Virus record (IMG/VR): IMGVR_UViG_3300036770_000417
Location: 1,694-65,693 of that record
Reading direction: 5' to 3' (one strand)
Length of the DNA stretch: 64,000 nt
From: a virus
Lineage: Duplodnaviria > Caudoviricetes
The position numbers were made by a program, and so were the translations under genes. Each line of letters begins with the position of its first letter. Position 1 is the stretch's first letter. Below are positions 7,668 to 17,843 of the stretch, piece after piece. The notes below the pieces were generated by a model. The model ran no database searches and had not been told where the DNA came from. It saw only the letters and a list, made by a program, of their open reading frames with translations.

Positions 7668-10517
7668 ATGGACACTACATCGTTCTTGGGGAAGGTGCTG
7701 GGAGACGAGGGCTATTACTGTGTGCTTGCGATCAAGGGAGATACCCGCAGGCAGAAGTTCTACCCTACCATCGAGGCGGCGCAGACGGCAGCAGAGCAGT
7801 TCGATGGTAATGGGTTTGACGCGTACTATGCCCTCGCCACTTTCCGCGACGCCGAGTCTCGTACGGTTGATAACGTGCAGCTCATGCGCGCGTTCTTCCT
7901 CGACTTGGACTGCGGCCCCACCAAAGACTACCCCGACCAGTCTTCGGCGCTGAAGGCGCTCCGCGCGTTCTGCCACCATAACAAACTACCTCGCCCGCTC
8001 CTCGTGAACTCAGGGCGCGGGGTGCATGTGTACTGGTCGCTGGAGACGCCCATACCGCTGACCTACTGGCTACCGGTAGCCGAGCGGCTCAAGGCACTGT
8101 GCAAGGCCCAAGGGTTTGCCTGCGACCGCAACGTGACTGCGGATGCAGCACGCGTGCTGCGCGTGCCCGGCACGCACAACTATAAGGACAATCCGCCGCG
8201 CGAGGTGACGATCTTCAACGCCAGCGCGCCGCCGCCCGCTATAGATTTCGAGGCGTTTTCGCTGCTGCTTGGCGACGACCCTATACCAGTTCCCGCGAAG
8301 TTAACGGCGCCGTACGCACCGCCCGAGGCAGACGCAGTGACGCGTGCGCTGATGGGCAACCGCGAGAGCCGGTTCAAGGACATTCTAGTCAAGACAAAGG
8401 AAGGCCGCGGCTGTGAACAGCTTGCGTATATCATACGCGAACAAGCTACCATGAGTGAGCCCATGTGGCGCGCGGGCTTGTCGATAGCGAAGTTCTGCTC
8501 GGACGGCGACAAGGCGGCGCATGTCATATCGCACAAGCACCCTGAGTTCTCTCCCGACGAGATGCACGCCAAGATGGACCGTATCAAGGGTCCGTACCTC
8601 TGCTCTACCTTCGACGAGTATAACCCCGGCGTCTGCACCGAGTGCCCTCTGTGGGGCAAGATCAAGTCTCCTATCAATCTGGGTGCGCGCGTCCGTGAGG
8701 CCGAGACAGACACCATAGTGGTGCCTACACCGACCGGGGTAGCGCCGGTACAGATACCCAAGTACCCACGACCTTACTTCCGCGGCGCCAACGGCGGAGT
8801 CTACATACGGACCGTGAACGACGACGGGGACCCAGAAGACCGGTGCATATACCACTACGACCTGTACGTTACGCACCGGCTAGTCGATCCTGAGGTGGGC
8901 GAGTGCCTCGTGTTCAGACTGCACCTGCCTCGGGACGGCGCCCGAGACTTCACAGTGCCCCTGCAGGACATTACTTCCCGCGAAGAGTTCCGTAAGTACA
9001 TGTCCAAGCATGGGGTTGGCGTATTCGGCAAAGATGTCGAGCGCCTGATGATGTACACACAAGCGTGGTTACATGAGATGCAAGCAAACTCTGCAGCAGA
9101 CGAAGCACACCGGCAGTTCGGCTGGGTAGGTGATGGCTTCGAGGCGTTTGTTCTAGGGCGCACCGTCTACTACCCCGGTGGCCGCACCGAGTTTAACCCC
9201 CCGACAAAGGCGACCGAGGGGCTCATGGAGGCGTTTGCTCCGCGCGGTACGCTAGACGGGTGGAAACAGAACATGGCGTTCTTCAACCGGCCCGGTATGG
9301 AGCTACATCAGTTTGTCGTGCTGATGGGCTTCGGGTCGCTGCTGATGCAGGAGGCGTCGGAGAACTGCGCGGCGATCCACCTGTACAGTAAAGACTCAGG
9401 GTTTGGTAAGACCACGGCCATGATGGCGGCGACCTCTGCGTTCGGTCGTCCCTCAGACCTCGTGATCAAGGCCGCAGACACTAACAACTCCCACATGCTT
9501 CGGGGCGAGGTGTATCGCAGCCTGCTGCTACCCATCGACGAGGTTACAAACCTGCGCGGTATGGAGCTCTCGCAGCTTGCGTATCAGTTCACCGGAGGCA
9601 GGCAGCGCAACCGGCTAGCCCGCAGCGGTAACGTCGAGCGCGTTAGAGGTAGAGAGTGGAAGCTCCTCGCAGTGACCACCGGCAACGCCAGTGTGATTGA
9701 CGCCATCAGCTCAGCCAAGGCGATGCCGAAAGCGGAAGCACAGCGCATCTTGGAAGTGCGTGTAGACCGAGTGTTCCAAGGGCACGAGGACAAGGAGACG
9801 ACGACGCGGTTCTCCAAGAGCCTGCAGGCGCACTACGGGCACGCAGGGCCGCTCTTCATACAGTGGATTCTGGACAACCCGCGGCAGGCGCACGCGCTGT
9901 GCGAGACCGTGCAGAAGCGCGTAGACACCGCCGCCAAGCTAGGGCCTGAGAACCGCTTCTGGTCGGACTTGGCGTCCCGCACACTGGCAGCGGGCATCAT
10001 CTGCAGCAAGCTCGGTCTGATCTACTACGACATGCAGGCGCTCTTTCAGTTTATCGTGACGGTCATCCGCCAAGCCAAGGGCGTCGTGGCGCAGATGACT
10101 ACCCCGGTCGAGACGCTGCTCACCGATTACATCACCGAGAATTGGAACAACCTGCTGCGGATCAAGAGCACGGACGACCTGCGCAAGAACGGCGCAAACA
10201 ACAACGGGCTCGATACCCTCTTGGTGCCAGAGGCACAGCCACGCGGACAACTTGTCGCACGCTACGAGACGGACACGAAGCGCCTGTATATGCTGCCGAA
10301 ACCGTTCAAGATGTGGTGCGTCGAGCAGCAGCTGGATCACGGCGCGATCCTCGCCGAGATGCACGACAAGATGGGTGCCAAGCGAATCAAGATACGGCTG
10401 GGTAAGGGCACCAACTTAAGCCTGCCGTCCACGGATGTAATCGCAGTCTACCTACCGGTGATGGACCCGAATGAGGCGGCGGAAGAGATCGAAACCGTTA
10501 ACGCCCCTCTGGCGTGA
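7668..10517 (+). CDS. Primase-helicase (AEP/RepB-like primase plus DUF927-type helicase)
   Basis: FFLDLDCG, VNSGRGVHVYW, ARVLRVPGT, EPMWRAGLS, SGFGKTT Walker A, PIDE Walker B. Confidence 0.85.
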   Translation: MDTTSFLGKVLGDEGYYCVLAIKGDTRRQKFYPTIEAAQTAAEQFDGNGFDAYYALATFRDAESRTVDNVQLMRAFFLDLDCGPTKDYPDQSSALKALRAFCHHNKLPRPLLVNSGRGVHVYWSLETPIPLTYWLPVAERLKALCKAQGFACDRNVTADAARVLRVPGTHNYKDNPPREVTIFNASAPPPAIDFEAFSLLLGDDPIPVPAKLTAPYAPPEADAVTRALMGNRESRFKDILVKTKEGRGCEQLAYIIREQATMSEPMWRAGLSIAKFCSDGDKAAHVISHKHPEFSPDEMHAKMDRIKGPYLCSTFDEYNPGVCTECPLWGKIKSPINLGARVREAETDTIVVPTPTGVAPVQIPKYPRPYFRGANGGVYIRTVNDDGDPEDRCIYHYDLYVTHRLVDPEVGECLVFRLHLPRDGARDFTVPLQDITSREEFRKYMSKHGVGVFGKDVERLMMYTQAWLHEMQANSAADEAHRQFGWVGDGFEAFVLGRTVYYPGGRTEFNPPTKATEGLMEAFAPRGTLDGWKQNMAFFNRPGMELHQFVVLMGFGSLLMQEASENCAAIHLYSKDSGFGKTTAMMAATSAFGRPSDLVIKAADTNNSHMLRGEVYRSLLLPIDEVTNLRGMELSQLAYQFTGGRQRNRLARSGNVERVRGREWKLLAVTTGNASVIDAISSAKAMPKAEAQRILEVRVDRVFQGHEDKETTTRFSKSLQAHYGHAGPLFIQWILDNPRQAHALCETVQKRVDTAAKLGPENRFWSDLASRTLAAGIICSKLGLIYYDMQALFQFIVTVIRQAKGVVAQMTTPVETLLTDYITENWNNLLRIKSTDDLRKNGANNNGLDTLLVPEAQPRGQLVARYETDTKRLYMLPKPFKMWCVEQQLDHGAILAEMHDKMGAKRIKIRLGKGTNLSLPSTDVIAVYLPVMDPNEAAEEIETVNAPLA

Positions 10518-10719
10518 GGGGCTAAACCCTGACGGGGTCAACATCCGCGTGCGGTGGGATGCTATGGTTGTCGGGGCATCGGTGTTCATACCGTGCGTCA
10601 ATACGACGCGCGCACTCGCGCAAGTTAGTGCTGCACTAACAGCACGCAGGTGGTCGTTCGCGTCGGCCGTGGTGATAGAAAACTACAAATTGGGGCTTCG
10701 CATATGGCGAACCGCATGA
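10471..10719 (+). CDS. Hypothetical protein
   Basis: WDAMVVGASVFIPC..LGLRIWRT pattern; last gene before the terminator. Confidence 0.55.
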   Translation: MRRRKRSKPLTPLWREGLNPDGVNIRVRWDAMVVGASVFIPCVNTTRALAQVSAALTARRWSFASAVVIENYKLGLRIWRTA

Positions 10720-10769
10720 TATAGAGGTGTTGGTTAACTCCTCCCTGTTGACCGGCTTGCTTCACCTCT

Positions 10770-10803
10770 GACCCCCGCCCCCTCCCCCGGCGGGGGTCTT
10801 TTT
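10770..10803 (+). terminator. Rho-independent terminator between converging transcription units
   Basis: GACCCCCGCC...GGCGGGGGTC stem followed by TTTTT. Confidence 0.75.
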
Positions 10804-13800
10804 TAGAAGAGCGAGAAGCCCTGATCCCACTCAGCCAGATTCGCTTTGATCGCCTCGCGCATCATCGGGCTGAACGACACACCGTTGTACATCGTAGCAG
10901 ACCGCTCCATGTGCTGGTTCATGGAGCGCCGGATTGTATCGGGTGTGATAGCAGCTGCCGGGTGCTTCCGGCTGAACTCGACCATGGCCCGCAGTGCGTC
11001 CTGCGCCTCGGAGAAGTCCCCCATACGCATGGCGACGTAGTACTGCCGTAGCAGCTTGGTGCGACGCACCCCCACGGCTGCGTCGATACGCTTGCCGACC
11101 TGATTCTGTTCTTGCCGGAACGTGTATTCCGTGGGTGCGAAGCCGAGCGCTTGTGCCAGCAGCTCGCCGTTAGTGATGTCGCTGTAGATGGGGTCGCCCC
11201 TGCGGGTAAGGATGCCGTCCTCGGACGGGTACCGGAAGGTGGCTTTCATCAGGTTCGACATCGCCGCCGGGATCATCTGCTCGATGCCGCGCTCTAGGTT
11301 GCCCTCGGCGATGTCGTTCACACCTCGGATACCCCGCAGTATGACGCTGGCCGCCGGACCGCCGGCGAAGAATACTAGCTGCTCTTCGGGCGACGGGTTG
11401 TTGTTGAACTTGTTGGCTTGGAAGATGAGGTTCGACAGGCCGATACGCGACGCCACGTCGACCCCCAAGAACTCCGCTATGGCGCCCTTGTAATACAGCT
11501 CGCCCAACGCCTTGCGTGTGAGCGTCTCCGCGTCCTCCTCATCGTCATCGAGGAAGAGGTTTGCCAGCATCGTGTAGACGCCGAACAGCGGTAGCCCCTG
11601 CACCCCTGCCAAGAACGCCGTAGAGCCGAACACGCCCACCAGCTGCTTGAACGCTGCGTTGCGGAGCTTGGGATCGCCCGCAAACATGTTATCGACAGCG
11701 GAGCGCGCCGTCTTGAGCAGCAGGTAGTTCATGGCGATGCCGTAGCTCTTATACATCATGGCTACGCGCCCGATGCCCTGCTGGGCGATGCGCGGTGCGG
11801 TCTCCAGCACCGTGCCACCATTGGTGAGCTGCGTCTCGTAGATCGCTTGCTCTGCAGCGCGCTTGCGCCGCGTAGCCTCAGGTAGGTTGGCCAGCTCGGG
11901 GCTCTTGAGCGCCAGCTTGTACGCGGCGATAGCCGTGATCTGCCGGTTGAACTGATCCGACTGGTGAAACAGGAAAGCTGCGACAGCGTTGAACCGCTCC
12001 CACACGGTGCGGTCTTTGTACGCGTCCTTGAGGCCGATGGTGTCGGCGAGCATGGAGCGGTGCAGCTGTCCACGATCTGCCAGCAACTGCACCATGGGCT
12101 GCAGCTCGTCGAGCTCCTTCTTTAGCCCCTCGGGGTACGTCCGGTCGGCACGAACCCGGTAGCTGCCGTCTGCCGCCAGCTCGAAGTAGTTGTCTATCGA
12201 CGGAGCAGCACCGGTGTTGACCGACTCCGTTTTGCCGTCAGGTGCAGTCATACGCACGTTGCGGTTCATACCACTACCGATGAACAGCTTGCCGGCGTCT
12301 TTTAGCGCGACGAACGCGGGGGTATAACCGTACTTGCCCCCGAGGTAGGGGTAGATGATCGTGCCCATGCTGGACACCTGCGTCAACGCTGACGAGGTGT
12401 TGAAGCCCAGCGTGAACAGGAACGCCGTGCGGTTCAGGCCCTCGGCGAGCGCGTCTCGCGGAGGGTTGCGGGCAAACGCAGCGCGCTGCAGGAACTCATC
12501 GCGGATCAGACGCGCGCTACCGCTGAGCGGCGGCTCCTTGTCCTTCTTCTCCACCATCTTCGTCTCAACCGCACGGATGCGGCTGCTGTACTGCAGCCGT
12601 ACTGCCTGCTGCGCGAGCTGCGGCGCCTTGTTGCGGAACGCGTAGAGGATGTCCTCTTCGAAGCCGAGGGTGCCCTTGCGCTTCTGCATGGACTTCACGA
12701 AGGACGTCTCGGGCATCGTGTTGATGACCGCCCGCATGATCTCTTGCTGGACCTCGGGAGGAACTTTGTTCGCGCTCAGAATCTGGAACGTCTGGGCCAC
12801 GAACGACGTCGGCGGCACTCGATTGATGTCGATCTTGTCGGGCGTCTCCAGCTCCGCGATACTCCGTACGTCAACATCTCCGGTAGCTTTGAGCTCCTCG
12901 ATGAAATCGCGGCGTTCACCGATACTGTTGAACGCCTTCAGGACGTACTCGCCCGGATTGTTCTTGGCGGTGCTCTTGATGTTGAACTCCAGCCAGTACT
13001 CGCCCTCGCGGTAGAGCGGGAAGTAGGGTTCGATGCGCCCCGCCATGGCGACGATCTTCTTCAGCACCTCGTTCTTGAACTGCGTCTTGACCGCAGCGTC
13101 ATCGACGTAGACGTCAACCGTCTTCGATATGGTGTCGATCACGCGGTCGAACAGCTCCTTGTACGAGTCTCGCACCTGCCGGTAGATGCGCTGGCCGTCT
13201 GCGCCCAGCGCGCGCCAGTCAGACTGCATCTCGTCCCACAGCTTAAGCTGCTCATTGTTGCCGTCATACGCGCTGCGCGGCTTGGCCGGGTCAACACCGA
13301 GGTGTGTACCGTCGCTGACTTCTACGCCGAGCGTAGCCTTCGGCCAGAGACGGTTAATCGTGGCCAGCTTCTTGGGGTTTGCGTCTGCCCACTTCGCCAC
13401 GTTGTCGATGGTGGCGTTGATGCGGTCGTTCTCCTTGGCCACGGCAGCGCGCTGCTCTTCGAAGAGCCGCACCAAATCCTTCGCACCGGGGACGTTCAGG
13501 CTGGCGACTTCAACACCAAAGACCTTACCGCCCTTGAAGGACGCTACATCCGCTAGCAGGTTGGCAGGCAGGAACTGCAGCGCAAGGCGCTTCACCGCAA
13601 CCGGCGCAGACCCCGCCAAGACGCTCTCGGTGTAGTACGCCATATCGCGGATGGCAGGCTGACGCTTGTAGAGCGCCTTCTGGGCCTTGCCCAAATTGGC
13701 CATTACCTTCTTGACTCCGGCGGGGGTAGACATGCGGTACAGCGCCCCGGCGTTCCGGTACTCAGGAGCCGGTGCAAGGATGGTGTCCACGAGGCTATCA

Positions 13801-16800
13801 AGCTCTGACAGCGCCGACGCCTCCGGCGGCTTGGCCTGCGCACCCACCAGCTTGCGCACGAAGTTGGCCACAGCGTTGGAGAACCGATGCCACACGCTGA
13901 TCGGGTCGCCCTTGGGATTGAGGCGGGCAAGTTCCGATTGAAACCGCGGGTTAGACATCCCCTCCGACACGAACTCGTCGAGGTTCTGCGCACCATATGC
14001 TGTGCCCAGCTGGCCCTCTACGGAGTCAAACAGCTTCTGCAGCTGTCGCGTCAGCGGATGGTTCTTGTTGGCCAACGTCGCCGAAACCGCCGCGTGGGTA
14101 GTCTCGTGCAGCACTGTGTGCGCGTTCATGCCGCGCTTGCTGTCAAGCTTGATGGTGTTCGTCTTGGGGTCGAACAGACCCGACACAGACCTGCCGTCCG
14201 GGGCCTTGAGGTCTTCGACGATCTCGATCTTCGTATTGCCTGCGTACCGCTGTAGCTTGGAAGCTACAGAGCTGATGCGGCTCGACGGGGCGGTGGCGGC
14301 CAGCGCACCGAGCGCCTCGGGCAGGTTACCGGCCTTCAGCGCCGAGACAACCGTCGGGTGCGCCGGGAACTGCACCATGGTGACGTCGGATAGAAGCGGG
14401 AAGTACCGTGCGATGATCGCGGCCTTCTCCTCGGCCGTGGTGCCCTCCAAGATCGACCGCCCCGGAAGCGCCGCGGCGACAGGACGCGCTAGCGTCGGCA
14501 CCTCGCCAGTCTTCTTGTCGGCCTTCTCGATTGAGGCTGTTACGATCCCAGCCTCCAGATTCAGGAACTTCTGGATTTCCGCGTCCGTGGCCCCGCGCGC
14601 CAGCGCCACAGTATCGGCAGCGACACCCTCTTCAATCTCAGCCAGCCGCTGCATATCGTCGAGTTCGTTTGCCAGACGCTTGTCCAGCCATGCCTTGGCG
14701 CTGGGCGACAGGTTATTCTGCACCCACTCAACAGCACGCATAGCCGCGGCACGCCCCATGCTCGGCACGTTCTTGGAAGTCAGCCCGCGGTAGAACTCCC
14801 GCTGGCCGGCCGTTATACCCTGCTGCGGCTGGAATTGCGCAGGTGAGAACGCGACATCGTAAGCTATGAAGCCGAAGGCGTCGATAGGCCGTGGCATCTT
14901 GCTGAAGTAGGTGTAGGCCGCGGCAGCAGTCTTATTGCGTGACACTGCAGAGCGCAGCAGATCGAGAATCTTCTTCTTGTCGCCCGCCGTCGTCGGATCA
15001 GCACCGCGCTCTTTCTCAAGCGTGCGGTCCATAGCCTTCAGCTCTACTGAGGCAGTGATATCGAACTGCTCGTCGAGGCGCTCCTGCGCGGCCCTGTTCG
15101 CGGCCTTCTCTGCAGCGGTCAGCTCTGCAGCGGTCTTGCCCTTTGGCGCAACTTTAAGCGGCACGCGCTCGCGCGGTGCGAGAGCCCGCGTTGTACGGCC
15201 GGCACGCTCTTCGGGTACCGGCTTGAGCGTGCGCTTGTCGAGGAGCGGCTGGCGCGGAAGCGTCGGCACGATCTTGCGTATCTCCCCGCGGGGCTCTGCC
15301 GCCTTCGGCGCGGGCTTGGGCGCTGCCGCCTTCGGCGCGGGCTTGGGCTCCGCTGCCTTCGGCGCGGGCTTGGGCTCTGCCGCCTTCGGCGCGGGCTTGG
15401 GCTTGGGCGCCGCCTTGGGCGCTGTCGCCTTCGGCGCGGGAGCTACCGGGGCAGTGATAGCCGGTGTGACTAGTGCAGGGGGCTGCGCGCCCGTTGCTGC
15501 AGCAGCAGATGCAGGGCCGCTAGGAGCGCCTCCCAGTCCCCCACGGTCAGATGCTGCAGCTCCTCCGGCACGTCCAGCACCGGGGGTAGGTCCTTGGACA
15601 CCACCACGTGGTACGCCACCTGTAGGCCCAGCTCCAGTTGGCGCTGGTCCAGCTCCCGAAGGCGGCCTACCGGCTCTACGGGGCTGAAACAGTTCAAGTT
15701 GCGCCTCCGGCACCCCCTCAAGGAACCTTGCGACATTGAGCCGGGTAGCTTGGGGAACTCGCTCATTGTTGGCAAACTCCACGAATTGCGCCCGCACTTC
15801 GGGTGCGTTCAGGTCCTTACCTAGCGTACGCTTACGGATCGGCGCCTTCTCAGCAACACCAAGCTGGTTGAGCATCTCCTCGGTGACCGGACGCGGCTCG
15901 GGTGTGGGCTCCGGGGTAGGCTGCGCACGCGGACCACGCCGACCGAAGCCGGGTAGCGAGGGCGGCCCCTCAGGCCGAGTGCGTCCCGCCTCGGGGATGC
16001 GCGCCTCCATCTCCCCCAGCTGCGTAGCGCCGGGGGGCGCCTCGACCCGCTCCATGGGCGGTGCGGGCGGACGCTCGGCACGCTGAACGTCGACAGCGCG
16101 ACGAATTGTCGCAAGCTCCCGCTCGGTGGGCGCAGTCCGCGCGACACCCGCTTCTGCGAGAGCGGCACTGAACGCACGGGAGAGGGTGCCCTCTTGGCGC
16201 GTCGGAGCACGCTCGATAACGTCTTGTAGTATGCGGTAGCGCCGCGCCTCTGCAGCCTGCGCCTGCGTGTCAGGGCGACCGGCGAGCGTCTCCATCTCGG
16301 ACTCACGGCGCAGTGCCGCGCGCTCGGCCTCAGTCGCAGCCTGTGCTTGCTGCTCGCCTTCTATACCCCGGAGGAGTTCGGCGACGTCGGTCTCCTCTTG
16401 CCGAGACCGCTCAATCAGATCGAGTAGCGGGGCGCCCTCGGGTGCAGCTTCGGGTGCAGGGGGTGCCTCCGCCGGTCGCGGTTCGGGACGCCCAAGCCGC
16501 CGCTGCGCTTGCTCAAGCTCAAGGGCAAACAAGTCAGGCTGCTCGAAGGCTTCTACGTCGCCACGCTCCGCGGCCTCAAGCCCAAGGCGTTCACGGGCAG
16601 CGGCCTGCGCCCGCTGTTCTTCTTCCGGCACCGTGCGTAGCGCGGCTTCGAACTCTTCCTGCTCGCGAGCAGCGCCCGCAAGGCGGCGGGCCTCAAATAC
16701 CTCGGGGCGGGGGGTTTCCCCGGTGACGCGTTCTTTTTGCCGCCGCAGGTACTCTTCTGCGCGCTGGCGCTCTAGCTCCGCTTGCTGCTGCTCTACCGTA

Positions 16801-17843
16801 AGCGCAGTGCCTTCGGGCGTAACACGTACATCGGGCGGCGGCAGTGCTTGCGGCGTTGGTGCAGGGAGCCCAAGCGGCGGCGCGGGAAGCGCCAGCGGCG
16901 GAGCGGGTAGTGCGAGGCGTTCCTCTTCGGGAGCGGGGAGCGCAAGGGGTTCGGGGGCACCCGCCGCGCGCGACCGCGGTAGCGCAAGGTCCATGAGACC
17001 CTGAACAAAGGCGCCGACACCAGCACCGTATCCGAACGCCTCACCTGTATTAGTGAACACACCCTGTTCAGGATCGTAAACACCACGCGCGATAAGATTT
17101 TGTCCGATGTTTGTCGCGGCTTCCTGCAGGCCCTCTACACCGCCCTGTGCGGCGGCACGCTTCAGGCGGTCGACAATCTCTCCAGTGGTGCGTCGCCCCA
17201 AGACCTTCTGCAGGCGGAAGATCGGAATCATCTCCGTCGCGCCGAGCGGTGCGCCGAGCAGCGCAGCGATACCGCGCTCTTCTTCGGTGGCCCCCGCTGC
17301 ACGGGCACGTTCGCTGGCCTCCCCGGCTCCCGCCGCAACGGCTGCACCGCCTGCGACAACAGGGCCCACACCGGGGATGAGGCTAGCCAGACCAAGCGCG
17401 CCGAAAGAACCGAGGGCCTCGCTGAACTTGCGAGGGATAGACTCTTCGAGTCCTACGTCTGGTGCGAGGTACTCTTCGATACCCCGCGTGCCCCGCATGA
17501 TGGCTTCACGCGCTGACGTCTCAGTCTCTTCGCCAAGCGGTGTGATTGCACCCAGCGCGGCTGTCTTACCGAGACCCACAGCACCCGCGGCAATACCCTT
17601 GGGAATCTCACCGAGATAGTCGAGGAAGCCGGGCTCCTCTGGCCTCGGGGCGTACCGTTCTTGGGCTGCAGCAAGTTCTTCGTCGATCTGCCGCTGACGC
17701 TCCGCGCGGCGCGCTTCCATGCGCGCACGCGGGCTACTCTGCTGTGCAGCGAGCCGGAGAAGCTCTTCGGGGGACGTGTTGGGCGGAGCTTCGACCTCTA
17801 CGCGCGATCCATCTCGCAGCGTCAGCGTATAGATGCCCATCAC
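10803..17843 (-). CDS. Giant (2,346 aa) probable internal virion/ejection polyvalent protein with zincin-like metallopeptidase domain
   Basis: Last gene of the structural operon; GLFDPKTNTI..LHETTHA..LDEFVSE (HExxH plus downstream E); Pro/Ala/Lys linkers; helical C-terminal region. Confidence 0.75.
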   Translation of the reverse strand: MMGIYTLTLRDGSRVEVEAPPNTSPEELLRLAAQQSSPRARMEARRAERQRQIDEELAAAQERYAPRPEEPGFLDYLGEIPKGIAAGAVGLGKTAALGAITPLGEETETSAREAIMRGTRGIEEYLAPDVGLEESIPRKFSEALGSFGALGLASLIPGVGPVVAGGAAVAAGAGEASERARAAGATEEERGIAALLGAPLGATEMIPIFRLQKVLGRRTTGEIVDRLKRAAAQGGVEGLQEAATNIGQNLIARGVYDPEQGVFTNTGEAFGYGAGVGAFVQGLMDLALPRSRAAGAPEPLALPAPEEERLALPAPPLALPAPPLGLPAPTPQALPPPDVRVTPEGTALTVEQQQAELERQRAEEYLRRQKERVTGETPRPEVFEARRLAGAAREQEEFEAALRTVPEEEQRAQAAARERLGLEAAERGDVEAFEQPDLFALELEQAQRRLGRPEPRPAEAPPAPEAAPEGAPLLDLIERSRQEETDVAELLRGIEGEQQAQAATEAERAALRRESEMETLAGRPDTQAQAAEARRYRILQDVIERAPTRQEGTLSRAFSAALAEAGVARTAPTERELATIRRAVDVQRAERPPAPPMERVEAPPGATQLGEMEARIPEAGRTRPEGPPSLPGFGRRGPRAQPTPEPTPEPRPVTEEMLNQLGVAEKAPIRKRTLGKDLNAPEVRAQFVEFANNERVPQATRLNVARFLEGVPEAQLELFQPRRAGRPPSGAGPAPTGAGPTGGVPRGGVQGPTPGAGRAGGAAASDRGGLGGAPSGPASAAAATGAQPPALVTPAITAPVAPAPKATAPKAAPKPKPAPKAAEPKPAPKAAEPKPAPKAAAPKPAPKAAEPRGEIRKIVPTLPRQPLLDKRTLKPVPEERAGRTTRALAPRERVPLKVAPKGKTAAELTAAEKAANRAAQERLDEQFDITASVELKAMDRTLEKERGADPTTAGDKKKILDLLRSAVSRNKTAAAAYTYFSKMPRPIDAFGFIAYDVAFSPAQFQPQQGITAGQREFYRGLTSKNVPSMGRAAAMRAVEWVQNNLSPSAKAWLDKRLANELDDMQRLAEIEEGVAADTVALARGATDAEIQKFLNLEAGIVTASIEKADKKTGEVPTLARPVAAALPGRSILEGTTAEEKAAIIARYFPLLSDVTMVQFPAHPTVVSALKAGNLPEALGALAATAPSSRISSVASKLQRYAGNTKIEIVEDLKAPDGRSVSGLFDPKTNTIKLDSKRGMNAHTVLHETTHAAVSATLANKNHPLTRQLQKLFDSVEGQLGTAYGAQNLDEFVSEGMSNPRFQSELARLNPKGDPISVWHRFSNAVANFVRKLVGAQAKPPEASALSELDSLVDTILAPAPEYRNAGALYRMSTPAGVKKVMANLGKAQKALYKRQPAIRDMAYYTESVLAGSAPVAVKRLALQFLPANLLADVASFKGGKVFGVEVASLNVPGAKDLVRLFEEQRAAVAKENDRINATIDNVAKWADANPKKLATINRLWPKATLGVEVSDGTHLGVDPAKPRSAYDGNNEQLKLWDEMQSDWRALGADGQRIYRQVRDSYKELFDRVIDTISKTVDVYVDDAAVKTQFKNEVLKKIVAMAGRIEPYFPLYREGEYWLEFNIKSTAKNNPGEYVLKAFNSIGERRDFIEELKATGDVDVRSIAELETPDKIDINRVPPTSFVAQTFQILSANKVPPEVQQEIMRAVINTMPETSFVKSMQKRKGTLGFEEDILYAFRNKAPQLAQQAVRLQYSSRIRAVETKMVEKKDKEPPLSGSARLIRDEFLQRAAFARNPPRDALAEGLNRTAFLFTLGFNTSSALTQVSSMGTIIYPYLGGKYGYTPAFVALKDAGKLFIGSGMNRNVRMTAPDGKTESVNTGAAPSIDNYFELAADGSYRVRADRTYPEGLKKELDELQPMVQLLADRGQLHRSMLADTIGLKDAYKDRTVWERFNAVAAFLFHQSDQFNRQITAIAAYKLALKSPELANLPEATRRKRAAEQAIYETQLTNGGTVLETAPRIAQQGIGRVAMMYKSYGIAMNYLLLKTARSAVDNMFAGDPKLRNAAFKQLVGVFGSTAFLAGVQGLPLFGVYTMLANLFLDDDEEDAETLTRKALGELYYKGAIAEFLGVDVASRIGLSNLIFQANKFNNNPSPEEQLVFFAGGPAASVILRGIRGVNDIAEGNLERGIEQMIPAAMSNLMKATFRYPSEDGILTRRGDPIYSDITNGELLAQALGFAPTEYTFRQEQNQVGKRIDAAVGVRRTKLLRQYYVAMRMGDFSEAQDALRAMVEFSRKHPAAAITPDTIRRSMNQHMERSATMYNGVSFSPMMREAIKANLAEWDQGFSLF
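15295..15440 (-). repeat. 27-bp tandem repeat encoding KAAEPKPAP linker
   Basis: gccttcggcgcgggcttggg at 15301, 15328, 15355, 15382 and a partial copy at 15427. Confidence 0.9.
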
